A DNA stretch of 64,000 bases from an uncultured SAR86 cluster bacterium (lineage in GTDB: Bacteria; Pseudomonadota; Gammaproteobacteria; Magnimaribacterales; D2472), in contig CACPCZ010000001.1 of the NCBI GenBank assembly GCA_902632555.1, positions 98,572 through 162,571 of the forward strand, read 5' to 3'. Shown piece by piece: positions 52,846 to 63,035 of the stretch (positions are counted from its first letter, which is position 1; each line of letters begins with the position of its first letter). A program made the translations under genes and the position numbers. The notes beneath the pieces were generated by a model that had not been told where the DNA came from, searched no databases, and saw nothing but the letters and a program-made list of their open reading frames with translations.

Positions 52846-54428
52846 AAAATATAGTTGAAGTAAAAAATCTTACAATTGATTTTAAAGTAAGAGATGGAGT
52901 TTTTAGAGCTGTAGACAATATAAGCTTTGACATACAAAACAACAAGACACTGGCACTTGTCGGTGAATCAGGGTCTGGAAAATCTGTTACAGCAATGTCA
53001 ATTATGCAACTTTTGCCTACACCTCAAGCATCTTATCAAAGACCATCCTCAATAACCTTCAATGAAAAACAAATTATTGGAGCAACGAAAAAAGAATTAT
53101 TATCAATTCGAGGTAATATCATTTCAATGGTTTTTCAAGAGCCAATGACATCTCTTAACCCATACCATAGAGTTGGTGACCAAATTACAGAATCAGTATT
53201 GCTTCATTCAAGTAAATCAAAAAAAGAGGCATATGATGAAGCGATTGAATTGATGAAACTTGTTGAAATTGATGATGCTGAAAGAAGATTTAAATCTTAC
53301 CCTCATGAATTATCTGGTGGCCAAAGACAAAGAATAATGATTGCAATGGCTCTAGTAAATAAACCTCAACTTTTAATAGCTGATGAGCCAACTACTGCGC
53401 TCGATGTAACCATACAAGCTCAAATTCTAGATCTAATGTCAAAACTAAAAAAAGAATTAGGAATGTCAATATTATTTATTACTCATGATCTTGGATTGGT
53501 AAGAGAATTTTCTGACCAAGTATGTGTGATGCAAGATGGAAAAATCGTGGAAAAAGGAGATACTCATAATGTATTTGATAATCCAAATCATCCATACACA
53601 CAAAAACTTTTAAACGCAGAGCCCCAACCAAAAGAGGAAATCAACAAAGAACAAAGTCCGCTTATAGAAATTCAAAAACTCGATGTTTTTTACGATATGC
53701 CATCAATTAATTTTTTTAATAAAAAAAGATTTCATGCAGTCAAAGATATTTCACTTGATGTATATAAAAATACTACCATTGGTCTTGTAGGTGAATCTGG
53801 ATCTGGGAAATCTACTTTGGGCAAAGCAATAGCAAATTTGCTTAAATTTGAGGGAAAAGTTTTATTTAAAGGAAAAGATATATCAAAATCTACTAAAGAG
53901 ATAAAAAAGCATATTCAAATAGTATTTCAAGATCCATATGGATCTTTATCTCCCAGAATGACTGTTGGTGAGATTGTTGGAGAGGGATTGAGTGTTCATT
54001 TTAAACTCACGAAAAAAGAAGCAGAAATAAAAATAGACAGAGTACTTAATGATGTTGGGATAGACTTGAGCTCTAAGAATAAATATCCTCACGAATTCTC
54101 AGGTGGTCAGAGACAAAGAATAGCTATAGCTAGATCATTAATTATGAATCCAGCTTTTATGATTTTAGATGAGCCAACATCCGCATTAGATAGATCAATT
54201 CAAATACAAGTAATTAATTTATTAAAAGACATTCAAAATGAATATGAGCTGACATATCTTTTTATAAGCCATGATTTAAAAGTTATTAGGTCAATGTCAG
54301 ACTATATTTTTGTAATGAAAGACGGAAAAATAGTAGAATCTGGCAAATCTAGCAGTGTTTTTGAGTATCCAAAAGAAAAATATACTAAAAAATTGCTTGC
54401 AGCTGCGTTAAGATACGCATCCAATTAA
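52842..54428 (+). CDS. Fused double-domain peptide ABC transporter ATPase (YejF-like)
   Basis: Two GESGSGKS Walker A, two SGGQ signatures, DEPT Walker B. Confidence 0.9.
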   Translation: MKNIVEVKNLTIDFKVRDGVFRAVDNISFDIQNNKTLALVGESGSGKSVTAMSIMQLLPTPQASYQRPSSITFNEKQIIGATKKELLSIRGNIISMVFQEPMTSLNPYHRVGDQITESVLLHSSKSKKEAYDEAIELMKLVEIDDAERRFKSYPHELSGGQRQRIMIAMALVNKPQLLIADEPTTALDVTIQAQILDLMSKLKKELGMSILFITHDLGLVREFSDQVCVMQDGKIVEKGDTHNVFDNPNHPYTQKLLNAEPQPKEEINKEQSPLIEIQKLDVFYDMPSINFFNKKRFHAVKDISLDVYKNTTIGLVGESGSGKSTLGKAIANLLKFEGKVLFKGKDISKSTKEIKKHIQIVFQDPYGSLSPRMTVGEIVGEGLSVHFKLTKKEAEIKIDRVLNDVGIDLSSKNKYPHEFSGGQRQRIAIARSLIMNPAFMILDEPTSALDRSIQIQVINLLKDIQNEYELTYLFISHDLKVIRSMSDYIFVMKDGKIVESGKSSSVFEYPKEKYTKKLLAAALRYASN

Positions 54429-54443
54429 AAGTATATATATAAA

Positions 54444-56102
54444 ATGAGTTCGAGAAAATATTCAAAAGAACTAGTTGATGGGCCTAATCAAGCTGCTTCT
54501 AGGTCTATGCTAAGAGGTGTTGGCTTCACTACTGAAGATTTTTCAAAACCTTTTGTAGGCATAGCTTCTACTGGAGCGAAAGTTACACCATGCAATATGC
54601 ATTTAAATCAGCTGTCAGAGATTGTAGAAGAGTCTGTAAACAATTCTGGTGGCAAGGGGGTGCTTTTTAACACTATTACAGTTTCAGATGGTATTTCAAT
54701 GGGAACGCAAGGAATGAAATACTCTCTTGTTTCAAGAGAAGTAATTGCGGATTCTATTGAGACCGTTGTCGGATGTCTTGGATATGATGGTTTGATTACA
54801 GTAGGTGGATGCGACAAGAATATGCCAGGTTGTCTCATTGGCATAGCAAGGTTAAATAGACCAGCAATTTTTATATATGGTGGTTCAATTAAGCCTAGCA
54901 GCGAAAATACTGATTATGTAACTGTATCTGAAAAAGTTGGAGAATTTTCTAAAGGAAAAATTGACGAAGATGAGCTAATTCATTATGAAAAAATTTCTGT
55001 TGAAGGACCGGGATCATGCGGTGGCATGTATACCGCAAATACAATGGCATCAGCAATTGAAGCACTTGGAATGAGTCTTCCAGGAAGCAGTAGCCAAGAT
55101 GCAGTCTCCGATGCAAAGAAGGGAGATTGTATTTCATCTGGAGAAGCAATTATGAGTCTTCTAGAAAAAGATATAAAGCCTTCTGATATTATGACCAGAC
55201 AAGCTTTTGAAAATGCTATTACTGTCGTTATTGCATTAGGAGGATCCACAAATGCTGTATTGCACTTACTAGCAATTGCACATTCTATAGGCGTCAACTT
55301 AGAATTAGATGATTTTACAAGAATTGGAAAGATGACACCTGTATTGGCTGATTTAAAACCCTTTGGAAAACACTATACCTCAGAATTAAATGCAAATGGC
55401 GGAATTCAACCTTTAATGAAAGCACTTTTAGATAAAGGCATGCTTCATGGAGACTGTTTAACTGTTACAGGTAAGACCATGACAGAAAACCTGAAAAACG
55501 TTCAGCCTTACAAAAATGACAACATTATTAGAAGTTTTAACAATCCAATAAAAAAAGATAGCCATTTAAGAATATTGTATGGAAATCTTGCCGAAGATGG
55601 AGCAGTAGCGAAAATAACAGGCAAAGAAGGGACATCATTTCAAGGAAAGGCAAGAGTATTTAATTCAGAAGAAGAGGGTGTGAATGCAATTTTATCGAAT
55701 TTAATTAATGATGGAGACGTTATTGTTATCAGATATGAAGGACCCAAAGGAGGGCCTGGAATGCGTGAAATGCTCAAACCAACCTCAGCAATAATGGGAC
55801 TTGGGCTTGGTGATAAAGTTGGATTTATAACTGATGGTAGATTTTCAGGGGGAACTCATGGATTTGTCGTAGGACATATTTCTCCAGAAGCTGCTGAGGG
55901 TGGAAATATAGCCTTAATTGAGGAGGGCGATATTATTTTGATAGATGCTGAAAACGATCAATTAACATTAAAAGTAGAAGATCATGAGCTTGCTAAAAGA
56001 AAAGCTAATTGGAAAAACCCTATCAAAACTCCAAATAAAGGAGTTCTTTCAAAGTATGCTCATAGTGTAAAATCTGCAAGCCTAGGAGCAATAACAGATT
56101 AA
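54444..56102 (+). CDS. ilvD: Dihydroxy-acid dehydratase
   Basis: TPCN.H, GCDKN, GSCGGMYTANTM, GGSTN, TDGRFSG. Confidence 0.96.
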   Translation: MSSRKYSKELVDGPNQAASRSMLRGVGFTTEDFSKPFVGIASTGAKVTPCNMHLNQLSEIVEESVNNSGGKGVLFNTITVSDGISMGTQGMKYSLVSREVIADSIETVVGCLGYDGLITVGGCDKNMPGCLIGIARLNRPAIFIYGGSIKPSSENTDYVTVSEKVGEFSKGKIDEDELIHYEKISVEGPGSCGGMYTANTMASAIEALGMSLPGSSSQDAVSDAKKGDCISSGEAIMSLLEKDIKPSDIMTRQAFENAITVVIALGGSTNAVLHLLAIAHSIGVNLELDDFTRIGKMTPVLADLKPFGKHYTSELNANGGIQPLMKALLDKGMLHGDCLTVTGKTMTENLKNVQPYKNDNIIRSFNNPIKKDSHLRILYGNLAEDGAVAKITGKEGTSFQGKARVFNSEEEGVNAILSNLINDGDVIVIRYEGPKGGPGMREMLKPTSAIMGLGLGDKVGFITDGRFSGGTHGFVVGHISPEAAEGGNIALIEEGDIILIDAENDQLTLKVEDHELAKRKANWKNPIKTPNKGVLSKYAHSVKSASLGAITD

Positions 56103-56103
56103 T

Positions 56104-57099
56104 ATGATTGATAGAAAATATCCTAATACCCGATTAAGAAGGCTAAGAAGAAACTCTAACTTAATTAAGCTTGTTTCAGAAAATACAATCAATTCATCTG
56201 ATTTAATTCAACCAATCTTTATTAAAGAAAATTTAAATGGCACCGAATCAATCGAATCTATGCCAGATATCAAAAGGTTTGATATTGATTCTGCACTTAA
56301 AGAAATTGAAGAGATCGTTGAAAGTGGAATAAATACGATCGCGATATTTCCAGTAATTGATCCAGAAAAAAAAGATATCAAAGGAAGTGAAGCAGTCAAA
56401 AATGATAATTTTATTTCAACTGCAATCTCTAAAATTAAGGATGAGTTTCCTGAAATTATCCTTATAGCCGATGTCGCATTAGATCCATACACAACCCATG
56501 GACATGACGGCATTATCTTAAATGATAACGTTGATAATGACTTAACAATAGAAATTTTAGTTGAACAGGCATTGGTTTTAGCAAATAGTGGAGCAGATAT
56601 AATTGCTCCATCAGATATGATGGATGGGAGAATAAAATCAATAAGATCAGCTTTGGAAAATGCCAATTTTAAAGATACGATTTTGCTATCGTATGCTGCT
56701 AAATATAATTCAAAATTTTATGGCCCATTCAGAGATGCGGTTGAATCAGCTTCAAGCCTTGGTAAATCTTCAAAAGAAACTTATCAGATGAATACAGCTA
56801 ATATAAATGAAGCAATGCATGAAGTTGCTTTAGATATAAAAGAAGGTGCTGATATTGTGATGGTTAAACCAGCAATGCCTTATTTAGATGTTATTCAGTC
56901 GATTAAAAAAAATTTTATGATTCCAACTTTTGCATATCAAGTAAGTGGAGAATATTGCATGCTCAAGCTTGCTATTAATAATGGATGGCTTGATAGTGAT
57001 GTTATGCTAGAATCTTTAATTAGCATCAAAAGATCCGGTGCCGATGCTATTCTTACATATGCAGCTAAAGAAATTTCAAAGGAGATAATTAAAAGATGA
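56104..57099 (+). CDS. hemB: Porphobilinogen synthase
   Basis: R.RRLR, SDMMDG, FYGPFR, MVKP, YQVSGEY. Confidence 0.96.
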   Translation: MIDRKYPNTRLRRLRRNSNLIKLVSENTINSSDLIQPIFIKENLNGTESIESMPDIKRFDIDSALKEIEEIVESGINTIAIFPVIDPEKKDIKGSEAVKNDNFISTAISKIKDEFPEIILIADVALDPYTTHGHDGIILNDNVDNDLTIEILVEQALVLANSGADIIAPSDMMDGRIKSIRSALENANFKDTILLSYAAKYNSKFYGPFRDAVESASSLGKSSKETYQMNTANINEAMHEVALDIKEGADIVMVKPAMPYLDVIQSIKKNFMIPTFAYQVSGEYCMLKLAINNGWLDSDVMLESLISIKRSGADAILTYAAKEISKEIIKR

Positions 57100-57422
57100 G
57101 TAATGTTGTTGAGGTCAAAAATAACGAAGATTTTGAAAACAAAGTACTTGGTTCAGATAAGCCAGTATTAGTAGATTTTTGGGCTGAATGGTGTGGCCCT
57201 TGCAAACAATTAGCACCATTGGTTGAAGAGCTAGCTGAAGAATTAAAAGATAATATTTCTGTATGTAAAATGGATGTTGACAGCAACAGAGATATTGCAG
57301 CCAAATTTGGAATTAGGTCTATACCTACATTAATGATATTTAAAGATGGAGAATCTGTGGGTACTGAAATAGGGGCCTTAACTAAACAACAACTTGATGA
57401 ATTTGTAAGATCAAAGATATAA
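57096..57422 (+). CDS. trxA: Thioredoxin
   Basis: WCGPC; upstream of rho. Confidence 0.96.
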   Translation: MSNVVEVKNNEDFENKVLGSDKPVLVDFWAEWCGPCKQLAPLVEELAEELKDNISVCKMDVDSNRDIAAKFGIRSIPTLMIFKDGESVGTEIGALTKQQLDEFVRSKI

Positions 57423-57538
57423 GATATTTTTATAATTGACTTTGAATCTTAATTAAAAAGAGTTATTATTTTTAGTTCCAGATTTTAAAAAACCTTCCAG
57501 TTTCAAAAATTCAATAAAAAAACATTGGGGAAAATTAC

Positions 57539-58816
57539 ATGAATCTTAGTGAAGTAAAAGATAAACCTATAAGCGAACTTGTAGAAATCGCTACTGAATT
57601 AGGTCTTGAAGATTTAGGCCGTTTAAAAAAACAAGAAATAATTTTTCGAATTTTTAAAAACAAAGCTTCTGAAGGCATCGATATATTTGGCGGTGGCGTA
57701 TTAGAAATTTTAAATGACGGATTTGGTTTTTTAAGATCACCCCAAGGATCATATTGTGCTGGTGAGGACGATATTTATGTTTCACCAAGTCAAATAAGAA
57801 AATTCGGACTTCGCAAAGGTGACTCAGTTTCAGGAAAAATAAGAACTCCTAAAGACAAAGAAAGATATTTTGCACTAATACAGGTAGATACCATTAATGG
57901 AGAGGAGCCTGCTAAAACAAAAAATAAGATCCTATTTGAGAATTTGACCCCCTTATTTCCAACTGAAAGGCTAATGCTTGAACAGGGAAGTGGTTCAAAC
58001 GAAGATCTATCTTCAAGAATTATTGATCTTATTGCTCCGGTCGGTAAAGGTCAAAGAGGATTAATTGTGTCTCCACCTAAAGCAGGTAAGACATTAATGT
58101 TGCAAAGTATTGCACATTCTATTAAAAGCAATAATCCTGAAGTGGAGCTCATTGTACTTTTGATTGACGAAAGGCCTGAAGAAGTTACAGATATGTCAAG
58201 AACTGTAAAGGGCGAAGTTGTAGCTAGCACATTTGATGAACCGCCAACAAGACATGTTCAAGTTGCAAATATGGTGATTGAAAAGGCAAAAAGATTAGTT
58301 GAACACAAGAAAGATGTTGTTATTTTGCTGGACTCAATAACTAGATTAGGCAGGGCATATAATTCAGTTCAACCTGCTTCAGGGAAAATTCTTAGTGGTG
58401 GAGTTGACTCAAATGCACTTGAACGACCAAAAAGGTTTTTTGGTGCTGCAAGAAATTTAGAGGAGGGTGGAAGCCTTACTATCATTGCTACTGCTCTTGT
58501 AGAAACTGGTTCAAAAATGGATGAAGTGATTTTCGAAGAATTTAAAGGAACTGGAAACATGGAAATTCATTTAGAGAGAAAGATTGCTGAGAAAAGGATT
58601 TATCCTGCTATTAATGTAAGAAGATCAGGAACAAGAAGAGAAGATCTTCTGACTTCCGATGAAGAGCTGCAAAGAATGTGGATTCTTAGAAAAATTCTCG
58701 ATGAAATGGAAGACGCTCAAGCAATTCAGTTTTTAATTGATAGAATTAAATCTCATAAAACTAATGATGAATTCTTTAGTTCTATGAAAAATGGAAATGG
58801 TAAAAAAACTAAATAG
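57539..58816 (+). CDS. rho: Transcription termination factor Rho
   Basis: [31 protein letters not shown]. Confidence 0.98.
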   Translation: MNLSEVKDKPISELVEIATELGLEDLGRLKKQEIIFRIFKNKASEGIDIFGGGVLEILNDGFGFLRSPQGSYCAGEDDIYVSPSQIRKFGLRKGDSVSGKIRTPKDKERYFALIQVDTINGEEPAKTKNKILFENLTPLFPTERLMLEQGSGSNEDLSSRIIDLIAPVGKGQRGLIVSPPKAGKTLMLQSIAHSIKSNNPEVELIVLLIDERPEEVTDMSRTVKGEVVASTFDEPPTRHVQVANMVIEKAKRLVEHKKDVVILLDSITRLGRAYNSVQPASGKILSGGVDSNALERPKRFFGAARNLEEGGSLTIIATALVETGSKMDEVIFEEFKGTGNMEIHLERKIAEKRIYPAINVRRSGTRREDLLTSDEELQRMWILRKILDEMEDAQAIQFLIDRIKSHKTNDEFFSSMKNGNGKKTK

Positions 58817-59459
58817 TTTTCTTTATTTCATTGAATAAATCTTCTGAAAAATAATTAATCGTTTTAGCTTCATGACCTAGCTTATTAATATATTCTTTTA
58901 TTCTCTCAGAAATGCACATAAAAGATATCGTATTATTAGTAATATAAATATTCTCAAAGAATATTTCTGCAGCAAAAGTACTTGAAAAAACAACAACATC
59001 AGCCTTGGCAAACTTTTCACGAATTTCCATGTAGTTCAAAAATTTTTTTCTTTTGTAACAAACTATATTTTCAGCATTAGCACCATATTTGATGATGTGA
59101 TTATGTACTTCTTCTAAACCATCTAAACCTTTTATGATAAGAAATTTCCTTTTAACTAATTTTTTGCCAAGCAACTTTATAAGACCTGATGAACCAGGTA
59201 CTTCTGGAGTAGTTGAGTTTATTCCAATTTTACCAAGAGCCCTTTTAGTTGATTTACCCATAGCGAAGACATTAATTCTTTTGCATATTTCGAAATTTTT
59301 AAAATTCTTAACTGAAGCTACGCTTTGAAAAATAATATCTGTAATTAAAGTATTTAAAAGCTTATATTCGACTGGCTCTATTTCAAATAGAGGTATATTT
59401 ACTATTGAGTTATCAAGGCTTGAATTTTTGATATTTGTGCTCGTATCAATTATGTTCAT
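58809..59459 (-). CDS. hemD: Uroporphyrinogen-III synthase (divergent)
   Basis: PLFEI, IFQS..SV, AMG..T, CYKR, FSS; directly downstream of hemC. Confidence 0.75.
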   Translation of the reverse strand: MNIIDTSTNIKNSSLDNSIVNIPLFEIEPVEYKLLNTLITDIIFQSVASVKNFKNFEICKRINVFAMGKSTKRALGKIGINSTTPEVPGSSGLIKLLGKKLVKRKFLIIKGLDGLEEVHNHIIKYGANAENIVCYKRKKFLNYMEIREKFAKADVVVFSSTFAAEIFFENIYITNNTISFMCISERIKEYINKLGHEAKTINYFSEDLFNEIKKTI

Positions 59460-60312
59460 GTAATAACTTAATGCCACTGTTTTTATGAATATCTTCTAAA
59501 ATTTCATTAATATTATTTCCTGAAAACGAAATAAAATTCTCAATTCCATATATTTCACCACTTAGATAATTTCCTGATGCAAACAGCGAAATAGCAGAAT
59601 TACAATCTGCATTTAGTTTCACTAATAGCTCTCTCTCCATATTTATTTCCCTATTGAGGTTTGCCATATCTTTGTATATTTGAGATGACTTAATGATACT
59701 TTCTGCTGAATTACCTTCTTTCCATTGGGCTGCAAGAACACCTTGCCCAGAACATGTTATGTGATTTAATCTTTTGTAATTCTGATTTTGTATCAAAAAG
59801 TCTAACCTTGAAAGACCTGCTTCAGCCAGTATGATGCAATCGTATTGACCATCATTTAGTTTTTTTAGTCTTGTATCTATGTTGCCATTCAAAGGCTTAA
59901 TATTTGTAGCACTCATGTGAAATTTTGCTTGCATCTTTCTTCTAAGGCTTGAAGTTCCCAGTTTCATTTCACTTTTAAAATTAGGTTCAGTATCTTTTCT
60001 AAATATTAATAAGTCATTTACTATTCTTTCTGAATTTTCTATAAAGTAGAAATGTTTTAGCCCTTTGGTTTTTTTTGCTGGCATGTCTTTAGCTGAGTGA
60101 ATAGCAACATCCACTGAATCATTTAAAATAAGCTTTTCAATATCTGAAACAAAGTTACCCTTATCAAATAAAGTTTCGCCTTTAGCACTTAATTCGTCAC
60201 CTCTAGTTGAAGTTTCGATAAGATCATATTCTTTTATTAAAAAAGTTTTATTGAATTCTTCAACTTGTTTTAAGGCTAGCTTGGAAGATCTGGATGCTAT
60301 TTTAATTTTCAT
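59446..60312 (-). CDS. hemC: Hydroxymethylbilane synthase
   Basis: IASRSSKLA, HSAKDMP, GTSSLRR, GNIDTRL, LA.AGL.RL, cofactor Cys in ADC. Confidence 0.92.
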   Translation of the reverse strand: MKIKIASRSSKLALKQVEEFNKTFLIKEYDLIETSTRGDELSAKGETLFDKGNFVSDIEKLILNDSVDVAIHSAKDMPAKKTKGLKHFYFIENSERIVNDLLIFRKDTEPNFKSEMKLGTSSLRRKMQAKFHMSATNIKPLNGNIDTRLKKLNDGQYDCIILAEAGLSRLDFLIQNQNYKRLNHITCSGQGVLAAQWKEGNSAESIIKSSQIYKDMANLNREINMERELLVKLNADCNSAISLFASGNYLSGEIYGIENFISFSGNNINEILEDIHKNSGIKLLHEHN

Positions 60313-60859
60313 ATCTAATTAGGAGGGCTTTAACATCTCCCACATTTTTTTCTTTTAGTATTGTAAATGAACTTGGTATTTCTATGGATGAGAATTTGCT
60401 GTGCTCCAAGTATATTTTACAATTTGGACTTAGCGTTTTATTACTGGCTAAAACTTTTAGCACTTTTTCTTCAATATCTTTATTAAAAGGAGGATCTACA
60501 AAGATTAGATTAAACTTTGATAAATCATTTATTGATGCCCAATTAAGTGCATCTTTAAATAATATAGTTGACTTTGATTCCAATTCAAGCGCCTGCAAAG
60601 CGGATTTGATAAATAGATAATTTTTTTTATTTAATTCTATAAAAAAAGAATTTTTTGCTCCTCTTGATATGGCTTCAATCCCAAGAGCACCTGTTCCTGC
60701 AAAAAGGTCCAAACATTCAAAGTCTTTGATTTCAAAATGCAACCAATCAAATAATATTTCTCTTAGCTTATTTGATGTTGGTCTTAATGAGCTCTTATGA
60801 TTAAAGGGAATGGTTTTTCCTTTTAAATCACCGCCACTTATCCTTATGCTATTTTTCAT
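60302..60859 (-). CDS. rsmD: 16S rRNA m2G966 methyltransferase
   Basis: LRPT, LDLFAGTGALG.EA.SRGA, DPPF. Confidence 0.93.
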   Translation of the reverse strand: MKNSIRISGGDLKGKTIPFNHKSSLRPTSNKLREILFDWLHFEIKDFECLDLFAGTGALGIEAISRGAKNSFFIELNKKNYLFIKSALQALELESKSTILFKDALNWASINDLSKFNLIFVDPPFNKDIEEKVLKVLASNKTLSPNCKIYLEHSKFSSIEIPSSFTILKEKNVGDVKALLIRYEN

Positions 60860-60892
60860 CTAAATTAATTTTCTTTAAGTATAATTCATACT

Positions 60893-61357
60893 ATGAGCAT
60901 TCAAGATAATTTTAGATTAGCAATGAGGAGATATATTTATTCTGTGAGTATTATGTCCAATAAGGACAATGCCGATATTCCAAATGCTATAACTGTCTCA
61001 TCTGTAACATCAATTTCTATGGATCCGCCTAGTTTGTTAATTTGTATTAATAAGTCTTCGAGGATACATAATAGTATTGAACTTGAATCTAAATTTTGCA
61101 TAAATCTTTTAAACAACAAACAAGAGGATCTCTCAAATATATGCTCTGACGAAGATATGTATGATCAAAGATTTAAAGACAAAAACTGGAATCTAGATGG
61201 TATACCTTTTCTTAAAAACGCCCAGGCAAACATATTTTGTAAAGTAGATAAATTAACTTCATATCATACTCATACAATTGTTATTGGACTTGTTGAAGAT
61301 GCAAAATACGCAGATGAAATATCTACACTAACTTATGTCGATGGTGTGTATAAGTAA
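60893..61357 (+). CDS. Flavin reductase family protein
   Basis: FR.AMR, SISMDPPSLL, THTIVIG. Confidence 0.85.
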   Translation: MSIQDNFRLAMRRYIYSVSIMSNKDNADIPNAITVSSVTSISMDPPSLLICINKSSRIHNSIELESKFCINLLNNKQEDLSNICSDEDMYDQRFKDKNWNLDGIPFLKNAQANIFCKVDKLTSYHTHTIVIGLVEDAKYADEISTLTYVDGVYK

Positions 61358-61978
61358 CTAATTTTTGATTATTCCAGAAACAACTTTATCTAAATGATCT
61401 TCCAGGTTGCCTGCTATAAAAAGAGCAGATGGCATAGGGCCATCGTCAGAATTCATCAAAGGCTCATTCGCAATCACCTGAACCTTTCTTAATATTCCTA
61501 CAAGACCATGGACCATGGACCATAGAGTAATACATTTAAAAGCAATAACCTCATCACTATCATTTGCTAATTTAGAAAAATTTGATCTGAAATTATCATA
61601 GACTGAATTCGCTGATTTTAGTAATTCAGGATAATTATTAAAGTTGCCAACAGCTGTACCCAACATAAGGTCATAGGTATTTGCATTTTTAAGACCAAAT
61701 TCAATATATTTAATTGCCATATCAACGATTTGTTTTTTAGTAACTTTTTTATCAATATCAACATGGATGGCCTTTGATAATTTATTAAAACCTCGTCTTG
61801 AAACAGCAGCATATAAATCTTCTTTTGTTTTAAAGTGTCTATAGGGCGCCGTTTGAGATACATTACTTTCCTTGGCCAAGGATCTAATGCTTAACTTTGT
61901 GTAGCCATCTCTTTCACACATAGCACAAGCACAACTTATAAGTTCTTCTTTAAGGTTGCCGTGATGGTAACTTTTCAT
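61358..61978 (-). CDS. TetR/AcrR regulator with WHG-type C-terminal domain
   Basis: YHHGNL, SIRSLA...VSQTAPYRHF, WSMVHG. Confidence 0.9.
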   Translation of the reverse strand: MKSYHHGNLKEELISCACAMCERDGYTKLSIRSLAKESNVSQTAPYRHFKTKEDLYAAVSRRGFNKLSKAIHVDIDKKVTKKQIVDMAIKYIEFGLKNANTYDLMLGTAVGNFNNYPELLKSANSVYDNFRSNFSKLANDSDEVIAFKCITLWSMVHGLVGILRKVQVIANEPLMNSDDGPMPSALFIAGNLEDHLDKVVSGIIKN

Positions 61979-61990
61979 AGGCCTAATTTA

Positions 61991-62037
61991 ATGTTGACAC
62001 TGCTAACATAATCAATTAATGTTTACACTGCATACAT
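61991..62037. promoter_or_regulatory. Tandem palindromic operators, probably for the adjacent TetR
   Basis: ATGTTGACACTGCTAACAT (61991-62009) and ATGTTTACACTGCATACAT (62019-62037) between divergent tetR and RND genes. Confidence 0.75.
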
Positions 62038-62055
62038 TAGGTTTTTTAAATAACA

Positions 62056-63030
62056 ATGTCAAATTTTAGATTTAACAAAATTTTTTTATCTGTTGGATTA
62101 GTTTTTAGTTCCTACACTTCGTCTTTGGAAGTGCTGGAAGTCAAAATATTAGACTCTTATTCGATTACCAAGAAATTTCCAGGAAAACTATTACCAATAG
62201 AGCAATCTAAATTAGCATTCGAGATACCAGGAAAAATAAATAATATATATGTTGATGTTGGTGACTCAGTAAAAAAAGGTGATGTATTGGCAAAACTTGA
62301 TAATAGAGAAGCTTCAGCTCAACTCAATCAAGCAAAAGCAGCTTACGAATTATCAAAACAGATTCTTGAGAGATTTGAAAATTTAAGACAACAAGGACAT
62401 ATATCTGTCCAGGATTTAGATAAAGCAAAATCAGATTACATTATTGCAAAATCTCAATTTGAATTTTTTGAAGTCAAATTGCAGCAAACAAACCTTATAG
62501 CTCCGTTCAATGGAATCATACAAAGTAGATTTTTAGATACAGGTACAGTAATTAACTCAGGGATCCCTATACTTGAGATTATTGATTCTAATTATGTCGA
62601 AGCTCATATCTCTGTACCTGTTATCTACTTAAAGGATATGGAAATTGGAAAAGAATATAACTTTGAATTCGATGGAGAAATGACAAAAGCAGTTTTTTCA
62701 AAACTTGCACCAATGTCTCCAGGTGGATCTGATAGCAGGCTTGCAATTTTTAAGTTTAACGAGTTTTTTAATCCTGGATCAATAGCAAACCTTGAGATTA
62801 AAATTACTGAAAATTTAAAAGGGACCTGGGTGCCTCTTAAATCTTTGTCTCAGTCAGATCAGGGTCTATGGTCTGTTTACACCATTGAAAATAATATTGT
62901 TGTAAAGGATTTGATTGAAATTATCTATTTTGAAGATGATTATGCATATGTAAGAGGAACCTTAAAAAATAATGACTTAATTGTTTTAGGTGGAGCGTCA
63001 AAAATTATTGAAGGTAAAAGAATTAATTAA
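62056..63030 (+). CDS. RND efflux periplasmic adaptor subunit
   Basis: LAFEIPG, VDVGD.VKKG..LA.LD, L.APF.G lipoyl-like motifs. Confidence 0.9.
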   Translation: MSNFRFNKIFLSVGLVFSSYTSSLEVLEVKILDSYSITKKFPGKLLPIEQSKLAFEIPGKINNIYVDVGDSVKKGDVLAKLDNREASAQLNQAKAAYELSKQILERFENLRQQGHISVQDLDKAKSDYIIAKSQFEFFEVKLQQTNLIAPFNGIIQSRFLDTGTVINSGIPILEIIDSNYVEAHISVPVIYLKDMEIGKEYNFEFDGEMTKAVFSKLAPMSPGGSDSRLAIFKFNEFFNPGSIANLEIKITENLKGTWVPLKSLSQSDQGLWSVYTIENNIVVKDLIEIIYFEDDYAYVRGTLKNNDLIVLGGASKIIEGKRIN

Positions 63031-63035
63031 TACAA

